Assembly: GCA_034780895.1 (NCBI GenBank)
Contig: JAUZTB010000107.1
Span: forward strand, 94,734,025-94,798,024
Length of the DNA stretch: 64,000 nt
Reading direction: 5' to 3'
Source: Rhynchobatus australiae
Taxonomy: Eukaryota
Below are positions 49,581 to 62,547 of the stretch, in pieces. Every line of letters begins with the position of its first letter. Within the stretch, counting starts at the first letter, position 1. The translations under genes were made by a program, and so were the position numbers. The notes beneath the pieces are model-generated. The model saw only the letters and a list, made by a program, of their open reading frames with translations, was not told the origin of the DNA and ran no database searches.

Positions 49581-51294
49581 TTCAGAGAGAATTTCTTAAA
49601 GTAGAAACTTGTCAGGAAATACTTGCAATTGGCGGCCTGTCTTCTGCTAACATCATTTGAGTTGTGCCATCACACTTTCAAGCCAGTGCACATGCAAAGT
49701 CATTACTACCCTCTGTATTGCCCCATCTCACTGAAGTGCTCTCGCTCACTTAAGTGCACAATCTGAGAACCACTATGTTCAAGCAACATGCTTCAGAAGG
49801 CTGCTCTTTGATGCATTCCAATGTAATTTAGTTGTAGGTCCTTTTTCCAGAAGAACATGTCAGATGATACAGGATGACTGTCGAACTGTTTCCCAGCATT
49901 GCCTTTGGTACTTGTGTGCATAATGTTAGCTTGTACCTGCCATAGTTAAAGATATGGGTGGGCACTTTCTCTGCTTCAATTTTTATTCAATTATTAAAGT
50001 GGGCTTCATATCCCAGTAGAAAGCTACAGCTTCACACTAAGCAAAGGGGTTTGGTGTGTTGGAGATGTGAAAAATAATTCAAATATAATTCTAATAAATG
50101 ACTATTTTTCATGTGACTTGGAGGATGAGTGGACTGAACTCTGTGAAGCTTTTTTTTCTGATAGGCCCTTCTGAGAGTGCATTCTTCATCTGGGGTAGGA
50201 AAGAAGGATGGTCTAGCTTCTACTTGACTGAGAATTTGCTTAACAGCTGCCTCATTGGAGTTTATGCCATATCTATAAGAGCTCAAACTAAGCACCTGCA
50301 GTTTTGTGTGCCTTTACTGTTGAGATTATCTCAAATTCTGAGGTAGAGCTTCTGTAAATTAGAGGAAATGAGAGAGAAAGCTGGATGAATCTGAAAGCAA
50401 GGGGATAATCTCAAATCAGTTGCTTAACTAATAGCCAACTTGCATAGGAGTGGTGAATAAACAGAATGATGCAATCCAAGGGACATTCCAAAAAAAAAAC
50501 TGCTGCATATCTTAAATTATAGAATTTTGTTCCTGATTTATCTTTTATACTAAAGTGAAGGAAAAAGCAGCCAAAATCAATGCCAATAGTGTTGTAATTA
50601 TTAAGTAGTTTTATGAGAACATATCTTTTTATCTGGTATCCTTCATGGAAATTCAACATGGAAAATTTTTACTCCTGTCAAAAATTCAACTGGCCAAGGG
50701 AACTATTATCGGAACTTTGAATTCTCCCTGCAACCTGTCCTCAATCCAAGAAAGCTATAGAGTCCTGTGGAAAGCATCCCAGAGAAAGCAATGCTAGTGG
50801 CTGTCTAGGAAGATACCTACATAGAAAAGCCAATGAAGGTTGCAGGTAGAGAAATGCTTTCCTGGGATGCAAGATTATCTGATATGTGTATCATAAACTG
50901 AAGTTTAAAACACATACTCAGCAATATTCACCAAGATGCAATTTGGAGTGAGAAATCTTCTGGGAAGTTCCTATTTTGCTGTAGTTAATTTCCAGCACTA
51001 ATTAAAAGCTGTTGCCTAACATGAGCCCTGAAGTTTTCATAGGAAGATCAGAACAGTGTATCCTGGACAGTTATCTTACCAGATACATTTGATGTGGAAG
51101 CTAAAGAAATTAAAGAAAAGGCCTTAGTTGGCTCATTTCAAATGCACAGCAAAGTCAAGTTTATGCTTACTGCATCCAAAGTAATGCTAGGGTTGGTAAA
51201 TTGCATGATATGAAACTGGGGCTTGACCCTTTTTCTCCCACAGAAAACCATAACTAAGCATTTCCAGTTCTGTTTGTTTTTAGTTACTTTTTTT

Positions 51295-52300
51295 AAAAAA
51301 AGATCTGGTCATTGTTGGCAAGGCCAGCATTTATTGTCCTTGAAAATGGTGGTGAGCTACCTTGAACTGCTATTGCCCCAATAATAAAAAGTGCTCCTTC
51401 AGTATTGTTGAGTAGGCACTTAAAGGATTTAGACTCGGTAACAATGAAAAGCTGGCTGTGATTCTTTTTTTGATCCTCTCGCAGGTTCTTGCACAGTTTT
51501 CTGTCCTTGTTGGTCCAGGGCAGATCCCCTGACATGATAATGGTAGAGTGAGGGGTATTTTGGGCCATGAGCTAACAGACCTTGTGGTGTACATTTTTCC
51601 TACTGCTGAATGTCCAGTGTCTCATTCATGCCCACCTGAGCTGCCAGATCTGTTTTAATTCTATACCATTTAACACAACTATAGTGTCATACAATGTGAT
51701 GAAGGGTATCCTTCAGGGCTCTGCAGGGGTCACTACTCTCAGTGCCATCATCGACAGGTGTACGTACCACAGGTAGTTTGCTGAAGATGAGGTTACGCAG
51801 ATTAACCCTTTAGTTTACTCATGACCTGTCACAGATCCAGAGTGGCAGCTATGTCCTTTAGAACTTGACCAGCTTGGTCAGTGTTGGTGCCAGACCACTG
51901 GAAATTAAACTCCCCACCTGGAGCACATTCTTCCATTGTAATTTCCAGTGCTTCTTTCAAGTGTTCACCATGGCACACTTCATCATCAGTGTTGAATTGT
52001 CAGTTGGAAGATGGTGGATGATAATTGGGTAGTTTCTTTGCTCTTGTTTGACCTCATGGGGACTGGAATCCAATGTTGAGGATTCTTTCCATCTGTATAC
52101 TTCTGCCATGCTGGTGGGGCAGGATGTACTTGGAGTGTTAAATTGTGAGCTATGAATCTGAGTGCTAGGCTGCTCTCTCAATTTAGATGTTAGTACCCAG
52201 ATGTTTGTTCAGTCAACTTTGCAAAACTGACTGAGCTGAGAGTGACTCTTGATGCGAGGTGATCCATCTGGTTTTATTCCATGTTTGAACCTAGTGGTAC
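51295..52300 (-). mobile_element. Decayed LINE (CR1/L2 group), tail plus endonuclease-like remnants
   Basis: Tail ggcaaggccagcatttattg...ggtggtgagct.ccttgaac is, from memory, a common elasmobranch LINE 3' end. Confidence 0.5.
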
Positions 52301-52399
52301 AAGGGAATGGATTGCTAAGCCATTTCGGAGGGCATTTGAGAGGAGTGGAGTTGAACTTGCCCTCTACCAGAGTAGTTATGAAGCTAAATGTCTGACAAT

Positions 52400-53400
52400 G
52401 AGTTTTGGCTATTTGTGGTGGGTGGGGAAGGTAGGTTACAGAGTCATTAAGTGGTCAGAATTTTGGCAAAATGGAATATGTGGGGAAAATATGAAGTTCA
52501 CTTTGAAAAGAAGAATGATAAAGCAGATCAGCACCTTGGTCAGCATGGATGAGTAGGGCTGAAGTGCCTGTGTCCATGCTCTTTGACTCTAAAGATCATT
52601 TAAGTAAAGACAGCCTGCTGTAGTACAAGAGGATTTGGAAGATCCTTTACATGAAACAGTGTGATATGGCTACAATAGACAACTGGGAAGGCCAATGGAC
52701 TGCTGACCTTTTATTTCAAAGTATAAAAGCAGGGAAGTTTTACAACAATTGACCAAGGTATGAGTGAGATAGTACAGGTAGTTCTTCTGTAATGAGTGTT
52801 TCCTTAATGCAAATTATAATGCAATTGATGAATTCCAGATCACTATTTGCATTGTGGGCTACATTGGTTAAATTGTGATTTGGGGGGGAACCTGCTTAAA
52901 TCTGTGCTTTGAAGGCAGCTGCAGCCTGTTCTTCTCTAATGTGACTTCCTGAAACACACTGTTTCTTAGCAACATAACTATCGCATTATAGCAGAAGTAC
53001 CTGTATTGGACCCTTGAGGAATAATAAACTAACATCGACAGTTCAGAGCAAGTTAAGTAGGCTGATCTTGGGCATGGATGGTTTGTCCTATGAGGAAAGG
53101 TTGAACAAGTTGAGTCTATATTCATTGGAGTGTCTGGCAATATGATTTGAGACTCAAAATTCTTCGCAGACTTGACAGGTTAAATGGGAAGGATGTTTCA
53201 ACTTGTGGGGACAATAGGACTAGAGTGCATATTTTCAGAATAAGGGAACATCATTTTAAGACTAAGGTGAAGAAGAATTTCTTAAAGGATTGAGTCTTTG
53301 GAATTCCTTGCTCTCAAAGCATTGGAGGCAGAATTCTTGAATGTATTCAAAGCTGAGATGGGCTTAATTCAGGATTGTGGAAAAGTTGGAGCATTGCTTG
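52400..53400 (+). mobile_element. Decayed CR1 3' part with internal insertions
   Basis: tggcaaaatggaatat, tataaaagcagggaagt, tatgaggaaaggttga and gagtctttggaattcctt motifs. Confidence 0.6.
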
Positions 53401-55899
53401 GAAGACTCTTATTATTTGTTTTTGTGTTAAATGTGTTTGCATATTCTTAACACAAAGCTATAGATGGGTAAAACAGACAATTACATGATCTTTGTGTCAA
53501 CTATTGATGGTAAAGAGAAATTTGTTCAAAAGTTAATTTTTTCTCATTTGTTCAACTTGAATATATAGATGCCATTTAATTTGGAAAAATAGAAGGAATA
53601 GTACTCCAAGAAGACTTTGCAATTTCCAGCCTGTGCTGAATAGTAAGAAGAACATTTTTTTTCTCTACCAATAATTATTCTAACTTCCTGATAATTGTGT
53701 TTTGTTTTGGTTCGTAAGCATTGAGGTTGTGTAAATTTTTCTGCTACTTCTGGTGTTGCTACTTTGGCTTGTGTTGTAATTTAATCTACTTTAAAATTGC
53801 CATCTAAAATAATATCAGCTGTGAGTTTAATTTGCAGGTACTCTCTGATCCAGTTATTCCAGAGATAGCCATTTTATTTCAGACTTGTAGGTGGTTCTGT
53901 AGTTATGCAGGTCTCTTTTTGCACTGAGGTGATTTAAATTCTGATTGGCTGTGGTGACGCAAGTTCTAAATGGTATGCTACAAAAACAAAGTGTGGGGAG
54001 TTTTAAAAAAAACTTAGTTGCCAAGCATGTTAAATGGAGCTAACAGTAAGTGCTTAAAAGATTTAAGTTGATTATGAGATTATCAAGGGTCTGCAAAGTA
54101 CATCCTGTATTGCTTGCTGTACAAGCTGAGATAATTAGGATGACCAGTGTGGTTTCAAAACTAGTATGGATTGGAANNNNNNNNNNGTAACATTTGGAAT
54201 GATTCTGGGAGCAATGGATGGTCACAGCAAAGGCACAGCTTTCAATTGAATTATGACTACACCATTGTGAAGGGAGGCTTTTAAATGGTATATAGTTATG
54301 ATGGAGAAAGAGGGTCAGGAGGTTTCAAATTAAAGGAGGGCAAGGGTAATAGTTACTGAAATAAGATTTTGTTCAGTTGCAAATTGTTGGAAGGTAAAAG
54401 GGAGAAATCGGCAGAGAACAATGAGATGAAGGTTATTATGATGCGGGGAAAGGCCTGTGTCTGGGAACTGAAAGGGGAAAAATGAAAATGTTCTTTTTAA
54501 AAGAACATTAACATATGCAGGAATGGACAAAGTATTCAGAACAAAATTGATCTGGAAGCATTAAAATGAAATATCAAAAAAATCATGACTTGATTATGAA
54601 TAAAACCGGGGATTTTTTTTATTTTGGAGAGTGATCAGGGAAAGTGAATCTGGCATTGAGTGGGTGATTTTTGATCACTGATATTTGTTGTGGTTCATTG
54701 CAAAATAGAATGACTTAAGTGAAACTGGATAGATCAGGCATGCAGTGTTGTATCTATGTATTGCTTAGGCTGACGGATTTTGTGTTTATAGTTTGGTGTT
54801 GTGTGGTGCACATGGAAATATTTTCAGCTTGAGGACTTGGGAGGATACAATATTAAAATTTCCTTCTGAGAGGTTTTGAGATATTTTTGGCTATGACATT
54901 CAATGCTGTATAATCTTTGGAAATCTTTTGGGGATTTTTAAATGAAATTATGCAGGATGCAATCATTTTAAGAGCACAAGACAAATGTTCTAAAGATGTA
55001 GTGGGCTAATTAATTTCTATGCTGCAAATATGTGATTCTGTGGCAGAAATGTAAATAATCTAGGAAAAATAGTTTATTGGCACCTTGAAGTCTGAGGAGG
55101 TTCATGCCCAGGATCATGAATGAGGATTGTGCTACCAAACCCACTTGATTATTCTTGCTTGTTTATCAGTGTATGAATCATGGAAATATGCATGTATCCA
55201 CCCGGCTAATATTATGCATTATTGTATATATCTGATTAGCCATGTGATTTGTGGCATCAAATTACTGCTTAAAAATTTAGTATATTTTTCTTAATAAATT
55301 GGATCACGAGCATAACTGGGTTAATGACCATTTGGTTTCATTCTGGAACTTTTACTGAGATAAAAAAATTTAAATTAATGTTTATGTAAAGTTGATCCTG
55401 CATGTTGCATTCAAGGTTGCTACTAGTTTGTATAATTTAACAACCACAGTGTCTCTTTTGCACCAGACTTCATAACTACTGGATGGGTGCACCTACCAAA
55501 GGCTTAAAGCATCGGAACCTTGCAGCCATGCTTGTGCCATTTCTACCCAGATAATAAAAGATATGAGGATCAAGCATTTAGTCATGATCTTGTCTTGTAT
55601 GGCAAAGTGAGATGGCAAGATTTCTTCTGGTTCTTCTTCTGAGAAATAATGATCACAGTAGATTAAGAGCAATATCCCAACTGACATATCTTCAGATATG
55701 AAGTGAAATTCCAGAACTGCATTAAGTTGGATGCATGTTGGTATTTGCAAAGTTTGACACAAGGCTGTAGGAGGTATTTTGCAGATGACTTACCTTAAGT
55801 TGGCATAATAGCTTTCAGGTTAGTGACATAAAGGACTAGTGTGTTTCAGGAGCTGATACCACTTAAAACTTGTCAACATTTGGAACTTTGAAACCCAGC

Positions 55900-56640
55900 A
55901 CACTGTTCAGATCTGTGGATGATGGGTATTTTTCTAACTGGAAAGCTGTTATCACAAGGCCGAGTACTTGGTCCTCCTTGTATGTAAGTGCGATGAATCA
56001 AATTTGGAGATGATCTGAAAATTGGCTCTGTGTTTGGTAGAGGAGGTAAACTTTAACGTTCAGGAGATGATATGATCACTTGGCCAAAATAGCAAATGGA
56101 ATTTAATCCAGAAGTATGAGGAAATTCATTTGGGGATCTGCAATGAAGCAAGGGACCAAGTACTGAGCCTTGTGGTAATAGCTTTCCACATTATTTTCTA
56201 CTACAGAGCCAATTTTAAATCCAAATTTCTATTCTCTATTGCATTCCATGTATTTCATTGATCAGTTTGTGGGACCTGAACAACATCTTTGCAAAAATCC
56301 ATGTGGATTATATTGCATGCACTGCCTCCATTGACCTTCTTTCACAACCTCAGACAAAATTCAGCCAAGTCAGACAGACCTGACCTTAAATCCATGCTGA
56401 TTGCATTTAATTTGTCTTTACAAATGAAGTTTTATGGTGCCCCTCAATGTTGATTTCAATAATTAGCCCACCACCAAAGTAAAATTAAATGGCCTTTTTA
56501 TTTTAGTTCCCTGCTTTTTAAACAATGGTGCAATATTGGTAGCTCTCTTTTATTTTCACCTTTCCCCATGCTTCCCCCAACACTTATCCTGAAACCAGGA
56601 ATGATTGGAAAAATGGTCAAAACCTCTGCCATTTCCTCCC
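55900..56640. mobile_element. Decayed CR1 RT fragments, plus-oriented (about 55900-56160) abutting minus-oriented (about 56170-56640)
   Basis: gcaaatggaatttaatccaga (QMEFNP) on plus; aaatccatgtggatta and aaatccatgctga (.MDF, QHGF) on minus. Confidence 0.5.
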
Positions 56641-56684
56641 TTTATCTTGGGGGGGAGGGGTGGGAATGGGGAAGTAATTGTTAG

Positions 56685-56900
56685 GAACTGTTCTTCAAAC
56701 AGTGCTATGGGCCCCATCATCTAATATGATAAAGCAGATTTTATCCATTTAATGTTTCATCCAAAAGACTGCAACTCTAGTGCAGTGGTCAATCAGTATA
56801 GCAATGGAGTGTTAGTATAGATTTATTATATTTCAAAACATTGGAATGGTATTTGAATCCCTGACTTGGTTAAGAGGGCTGCAATTTGAGCCACAGCTGA
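56685..56900 (-). mobile_element. Old Deu-core SINE remnant
   Basis: ttcttcaaacagtgctatggg...tttaatgtttcatccaaaagactgca...ttgaatcc...tgagccacagctga. Confidence 0.55.
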
Positions 56901-58329
56901 GAACTGTTCTGCTGCTACCAATAAGGTTACGTTTGGAGGGGAAGATCATCTTGGACCAAAAATAGTATGAGCCTTCTTGCCCTTCACTACCTGTAATAGG
57001 ATTTGAATAGGAGCATAGTTCTAACAAAAAAAAACTTGCAAAATTAATTCAGGCCATTTTATACCTCCTTTTACTCATTTTTGCTCCATGTCCCTTAACC
57101 TTTAACCAACAAATATCTGTCTTAACTTTGAATTAATTTAGTATCCCTTTTTATTTGAATTGCCTTTATGACTTGTGGTTCAAACCATGTCTTTGTGTGG
57201 TGAATCTTGGAACAATACAGCACCAAGAATGTTCAACTCTTTGCCTTTTTTAGAATTCTAGTATGTGCTTTAAGTATATTTAAACAGCTGGATGGGTACT
57301 TGAATAGCAGTTAAACTATAATGTGAGTTCTTGAATTTATCTTGGTTTACTTGAAAGGATGATTCAAGTAGTTAGATGTTTTCAATGAAAAAATGTGCAG
57401 AAATAAGCAAAGTTTACAAAATGAATGTGAAGATGGTGTAAATTGTCAATTGCTAACGTAGTCACAAACATGTGGGAGTTGTACATTTGGTAGGTTATGA
57501 TTTGATAACATCCAAACTGGAAATTTGATGTAGGAGCAGAAAACTTGAATTTGTTATCCTCTGACTGCTAAAATGGCCATCAGTTCTCAACATGGCTATG
57601 TTTGAGGTTCATTCTTGGGGTGTGAGGTACAGGGCCAAACTAAAGCTATTGTCTTAAATGATAGTTGGGAAAGTGTTTGAAATAACATTTGTTGAGGATG
57701 GATGCATTCAGGTTGAGTTTAAAATGTTGGTAACACTATTGGAACAACCATTAATCCCCTGTAAATTAAGCAATAAATTGATGTTTATTTTAGCACTTGA
57801 ATGAAAGTTTTGCTTAATAGATATGCTTGTATAAGATACTGTAGTTGATGACCTGAGTAGCAATTAAGGTATACTTTGCTTAAGTAAACGAAGTAGTTCT
57901 GACAAGGTTAATCACTTAAATTTCAGGACCAGTGATTCATATAATTTGCTACAAGACAGGCCAAATGGAACTATTTTGTTGTAAATATCTCCATGTCCAT
58001 TCCATTTCAGCTCTTGTTATCTGAAGTATTTTATCAAAGTATGAAAACAGATTTATGATGAACTGCAGCTGAGTACTGAAAATGACAGATTTGAGGTTCC
58101 TTTTATGTAAGGTCTTCATCTTGTTGTATTTGACCAGTTTATGTACAAAAATACACTTGGCCTGAAATGAAGAAAAGCTAAATTATACTTGATTTTGTTT
58201 GGCTCCTTTCACATTTCAGGGTGGGTTGCTGTACCTGTAACAGCCATTTTGTTTTAAGCAGTTGCACTGTACTTCAATGTATCTCTCAGTCACATTGAGT
58301 TTTTATTATTTGTCTACAACTTTACTAGA

Positions 58330-58865
58330 CAGTGCTGGAAATGCTCTGTGGTAAGAGCATCTGTGGAGAGAGAAGTGGGTAATCTATTGGGTCGATGACA
58401 TTTCATAAGAACTAGAAAGTGTCAGAACTCAAATGCATTTTAAGTTGTAGAGAGACAGGGTGAAGAGAACGGAGGGAGTTTCTGTGGTGTGGAGACAAGA
58501 AAATTTATGATACCGCTGGCTGATAGAGGTAGGTGAAGGTGGTTGTTGCAGCTGATCTGTCTGGATGAGATGTAAATAGGCAATGATTTAGGATAGAGGA
58601 GAGGAAAAGTGTTAGAACTGAGGTACAGAACATTGAAGTAACTGGAAATCTACAGTTTTTAAAAAAAAAGTACTGGAAGTACTTGGATCAGTCAGCATGG
58701 GTGGAGAGGAAGAAACCTGAGTAAACAGGTTTTTTTCCTAACTTCTCCATGTTCTGCTGAAGAGTGATCAATCTGAAAGATTAACATTGTTTCTGTCTCT
58801 GCAGATGATGCCTAATCTGATCATTTCCAGCATTTTCTGTTTCAGATTTCTAGCATCTGCAGTTT
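58330..58865. repeat. Cluster of Penelope-associated terminal-repeat pieces in both orientations
   Basis: tgctggaaatgctc...gcatctgtggagagag and ctctgcagatgatgcct...ttccagcattttctgtttcagatttctagcatctgcag. Confidence 0.55.
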
Positions 58866-58947
58866 TAAAATTTTGTTTGGAAACACATTCCTGCTTAGTC
58901 GCTCATTTTTAAAAAAAATCTGAGAACCACTAACTTGCATCTCACCA

Positions 58948-59235
58948 GGCAGGCACAGTAGTGTAGCAATTAGAGTAACATTTTACAGCGCCAGCAACCC
59001 AGGTTCAAATCCAGCCGCTGTCTATAAGGAATTCATACGTTCTCCCTGTGTCTGCGTGGGTTTCCTCTGGTTGCTCCGGTTTCCTCCCACATTTCAAAAA
59101 CGTACGGGTTAGGAAGTTGTGGGCATGCTATGTTGGCGTTGGAAGTGTGGTGACACTTGTGGGCTGCCTCTAGAACGCTCTGCACAAAAGATGCATTCCA
59201 CTATGTTTCGATGTGCATGTGACTAGTAAAGATAT
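58948..59235 (+). mobile_element. V-SINE
   Basis: Head, V-domain (gtgtctgcgtgggtttcctctggttgctccggtttcctcccaca) and tail homologous to 14437-14741. Confidence 0.88.
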
Positions 59236-59799
59236 CTGTTTAAAGTTTCGGTCCAGCACATTCAACTTGAGCAGCCACCTGATTGACTTGACTTGTGAAG
59301 AAACTGATTTGCATAGAGAACTAATCAAGATGTACAGGCAGTCCCTGGGTTGCATTCCTGAGAACTGAGATCTGTAAGATGGTTTTACCCTGTCAGAAAC
59401 GTCTGTTTTCTATAGCTATCCATATCGTATATATACACTTGATATAACTTCATCAAATATTCATCCTTATACTACCAATAATTAAACTAATAGAACATGT
59501 ACTGTATCCGCTTGTTACTGAATACCTCAAAACATTTTATTATTAGTATCTTGAAAAATACTTTTTAAAAACCTGAGAAAATGTTGTAAAGTCAGATTTC
59601 TCAAAGTCCTGTCATCTATAACCTGGGGAGCTCCAGTATGTGGTATGTTTGTGCACACAGTTGAACTCAGTGAAGTTTCAAACATTGTTCATTATTTGTT
59701 GAGTGCTTTTCTGCATTCAGTGCATTATTTTGAAATGTCTGTCTAGGCAAGCAGGAATAGAAAACAATTATTTTATTCACAGCCATAGGTGCCATAAGC

Positions 59800-60040
59800 A
59801 GGAAATAAGTTAATCTGTTTTGATGTTGATTTCAAGGGAATATATTGAACAGGACACAAAATGCCTTGACTCGTATACTGTAATGAGACCTGTCATTTCT
59901 GACTGACCAGTCACATTGGCCCTCTGGTTTAATATTTCCTCAAGCCTGCACTTCTGACTTTTTGGTTTAGAATTTGCAGCGAAGCTTGAATCCACAATCT
60001 CCTGACAAGGCAAGAATGCTGCCAGTTGAGCCAAGCTGAT
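59800..60040 (-). mobile_element. Old Deu-core SINE remnant
   Basis: tgatgttgatttcaagggaatatattgaacaggacac...cttgaatccacaatctcctgac...tgagccaagctga. Confidence 0.45.
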
Positions 60041-60694
60041 GTATAAAATGGCTGTAGTTATAAATGATATTTTCTGCATTTATCTTTTAGTATGATCTCA
60101 TCAATAATATTTGAGAGCAAAACCAGCACTTCCAGATAATAAAAGTGGAGTGGTGAAGTCTCTCGTAAATTTGACTCTGAGCTTAAGTACAGTAAGACTA
60201 TCTGCTGTCCAGTTCAGAAATGCTGGGTGATTTTTTTTTCCCAAGTGCTCCCTCTAAACTCATTGGGACCCCATTCCCATGCAGCTTGTAAACTCACTGG
60301 GGCCCTGTATGCATCATCCTTGTCAGCTCTCAAAGGCCTCATTCCCATGTTGATGCCCTGTTTCCACACTCCCTTTAAATTCACTGGGTTCAATAGTTGA
60401 GCAAATCTGCCAGTGTGGTACAACCAAAAATCCTGAGGGTGCTGTATTATTGAAGTTTATGAAAAGTTAGTGAATTCAAGTATTTGGTTTAACCTTTCAA
60501 AACGTGAAATATGGTCTTGTGGATTTCGGTGCTTAAAAAATAGACTGGTAAAGTAGTGAAGAGAGAAATTCAAATTGGCTTAAAATTTAACTAGGTCAAA
60601 TCATAAGTTATGATTAATTTTATTGCTAGTAAATAACTAAAGGCAAAATTATTTCATTACTGTCTCTGTTCTGATTTCAAAATGTTTATTTCAG

Positions 60695-60743
60695 TGAATG
60701 ATAGTGTCTAAAAAGGGTATGTCCCTTAAGGAGAGAGGTGCCA
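60695..60743 (+). other. TRIP12: TRIP12 exon 2, 5' UTR part
   Basis: Acceptor tttatttcag| ends at 60694, followed by 49 nt of UTR before the ATG at 60744. Confidence 0.8.
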
Positions 60744-60841
60744 ATGTCCAGCCGGCCTAATTACAATACAGGGGGGTCACTGCGACGTTCACAAAGGAAC
60801 ACTGCCGGGGCCCAGCCACAAGACGAAGCAGCAGGAGGAAG
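60744..60841 (+). CDS. TRIP12: E3 ubiquitin-protein ligase TRIP12, first coding exon (98 nt, GC donor)
   Basis: Translates [32 protein letters not shown](R), against recalled human [33 protein letters not shown]. Ends AG|GCAAGT. Confidence 0.93.
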
Positions 60842-61319
60842 GCAAGTAAAATATATTATTATTAAAATATCTTTACTTGCTGTCTTACATTTTTAGATTC
60901 TGACAAGCCCATGGTGAGATGGAAATTCTGTCAGCCTGTCGCAGGCAGTCTTTTTGGCAAATCTGTTTTAAAGTGGACATGATCCCATGGAGCTGTCATA
61001 TTTAACATTGAATTAGCACTGTCAGCACAACGTGCTTTGTTAATGAAATTGAGAATGGTAAATTGGTAAAGAAAGCAGTGATCTTAAAAGCTTTCACTCA
61101 GATTGAATATTAAGTGCATCATTTCATAGATATCTAAAGCAATATATTTTATTGGTACTGAACAATTGAATTCCAAAGACAGAATTTCTAACTCCAATTG
61201 GTAAAAGTGACATAAAAAACCTTTACATTTCTCTTAAATGAGGCTATAAAATCTGTAATATGTCATGTATTTGCAATAGCTAACTGAGGAGCTGATGAAT
61301 TATTAATTGTTTGCAACAG

Positions 61320-61427
61320 ATCACAGTCAGAGGAGAGGAAACAGATCCCAAGTAGGACAACTGCTAAAGCAACAAAATTGCAGTCAGACGCTACCTCTGG
61401 TCAATCCAGAGGGCGTGTGTCGCGGAG
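61320..61427 (+). CDS. TRIP12: TRIP12 108-nt symmetric (phase 2-2) exon
   Basis: Flanked by ttgcaacag| and |gtattg. Translates (R)SQSEERKQIPSRTTAKATKLQSDATSGQSRGRVSR, resembling human ...KAPKVQSNTTSELSRGHLSKR. In frame with both neighbouring exons. Confidence 0.85.
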
Positions 61428-62547
61428 GTATTGAATATTTTATTTTACAGCATAAATATTAATGGCTTGATACAGGTTTGAAATTAAACTATATGCTTTA
61501 TGTATCAAATTTGCAAACAATTTAATTGAAGGTTTATCATACTTTGTGCACTGAAAAAATGCAACCTTCGTAATTTCTCCTGAATTGGAATCTTGCTGAT
61601 GGGATCCTCTACTCAGCTTAGGACAAAGACTGCCTCTGATAGGAGCAGGACTGGACTATTCGCAGATTAGAAGTTGTTGGAGATCTGAATAAAACATAGC
61701 CCTTCATGATCACTCTACTACCATTAGCCACTTAAACATTAAAACTTCAACTTTTCCGTTTTCGTAGTAAAGTATAACTGTCGCTATAAACTCTCAGCCT
61801 GCAGTTTCTTGAAGAGGTTCTGGACAATTGCAGTAATCTGACAGAATTTTCAAGCATCTTCTAAAAGGAAATAGTCATGCTCTGGGTTTGGCTGCTTATG
61901 TTGCTTTTCAGATGATATGACCAGAATTTTCTTTTGGTAGTTTTTCTTACCTGTACGTTGCAGTGTATTTTTCTAGGTAAAACTACAATGAATGCTGGAC
62001 TTCAATGTTTACATTTTCTGTGATTTGTCACCTGTATTGCAGCATAGTAATGACAAAATTGAACTGATTTTCAATTTTTCCTTGCCTGTGTGGAAAATTT
62101 AAGATTTAATTGAACTCTATTTTTGGCTTTGGTTTCTCCCATCACTTCCAAGTGTAGTCTCACATTGACTTGGGAAGTCAAAGTCAATGTACCACCATTC
62201 CAAAATAGAAGCTTGTTATTTCATGCCATTTCATATTTCCACAACTTAAGGCAAATATGGATGATTGCATACACTGAAACACTATGTACAGGTGGCTTGG
62301 ATCTAATCCTGAGTGAATGATCTAAAATTTAGGCTTGAATTTTGATAAACCATTTGAGAAGTTTTGGTAGGTCTATGCACAATCAATATTTTGAAATTTG
62401 TATCAGAAGTAAAGTTATTACAAAATAGTTTGGAAAAATGTATGGCTTTTGTCCATAGTCTGCTCAGTAATGGGTTAGTGAGTTTTTAAAGTTAAATATT
62501 TATATGTACAATGTTCTCTATGGCAAAGGTTATTTTTGTATTTTCAG

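Noticed and set aside
62504-62547. ORF-track start MYNVLYGKGYFCIF and C-terminal extension EWLKLCF... (63345-63427)
   Set aside because: Intronic read-through on either side of the real TRIP12 exon.
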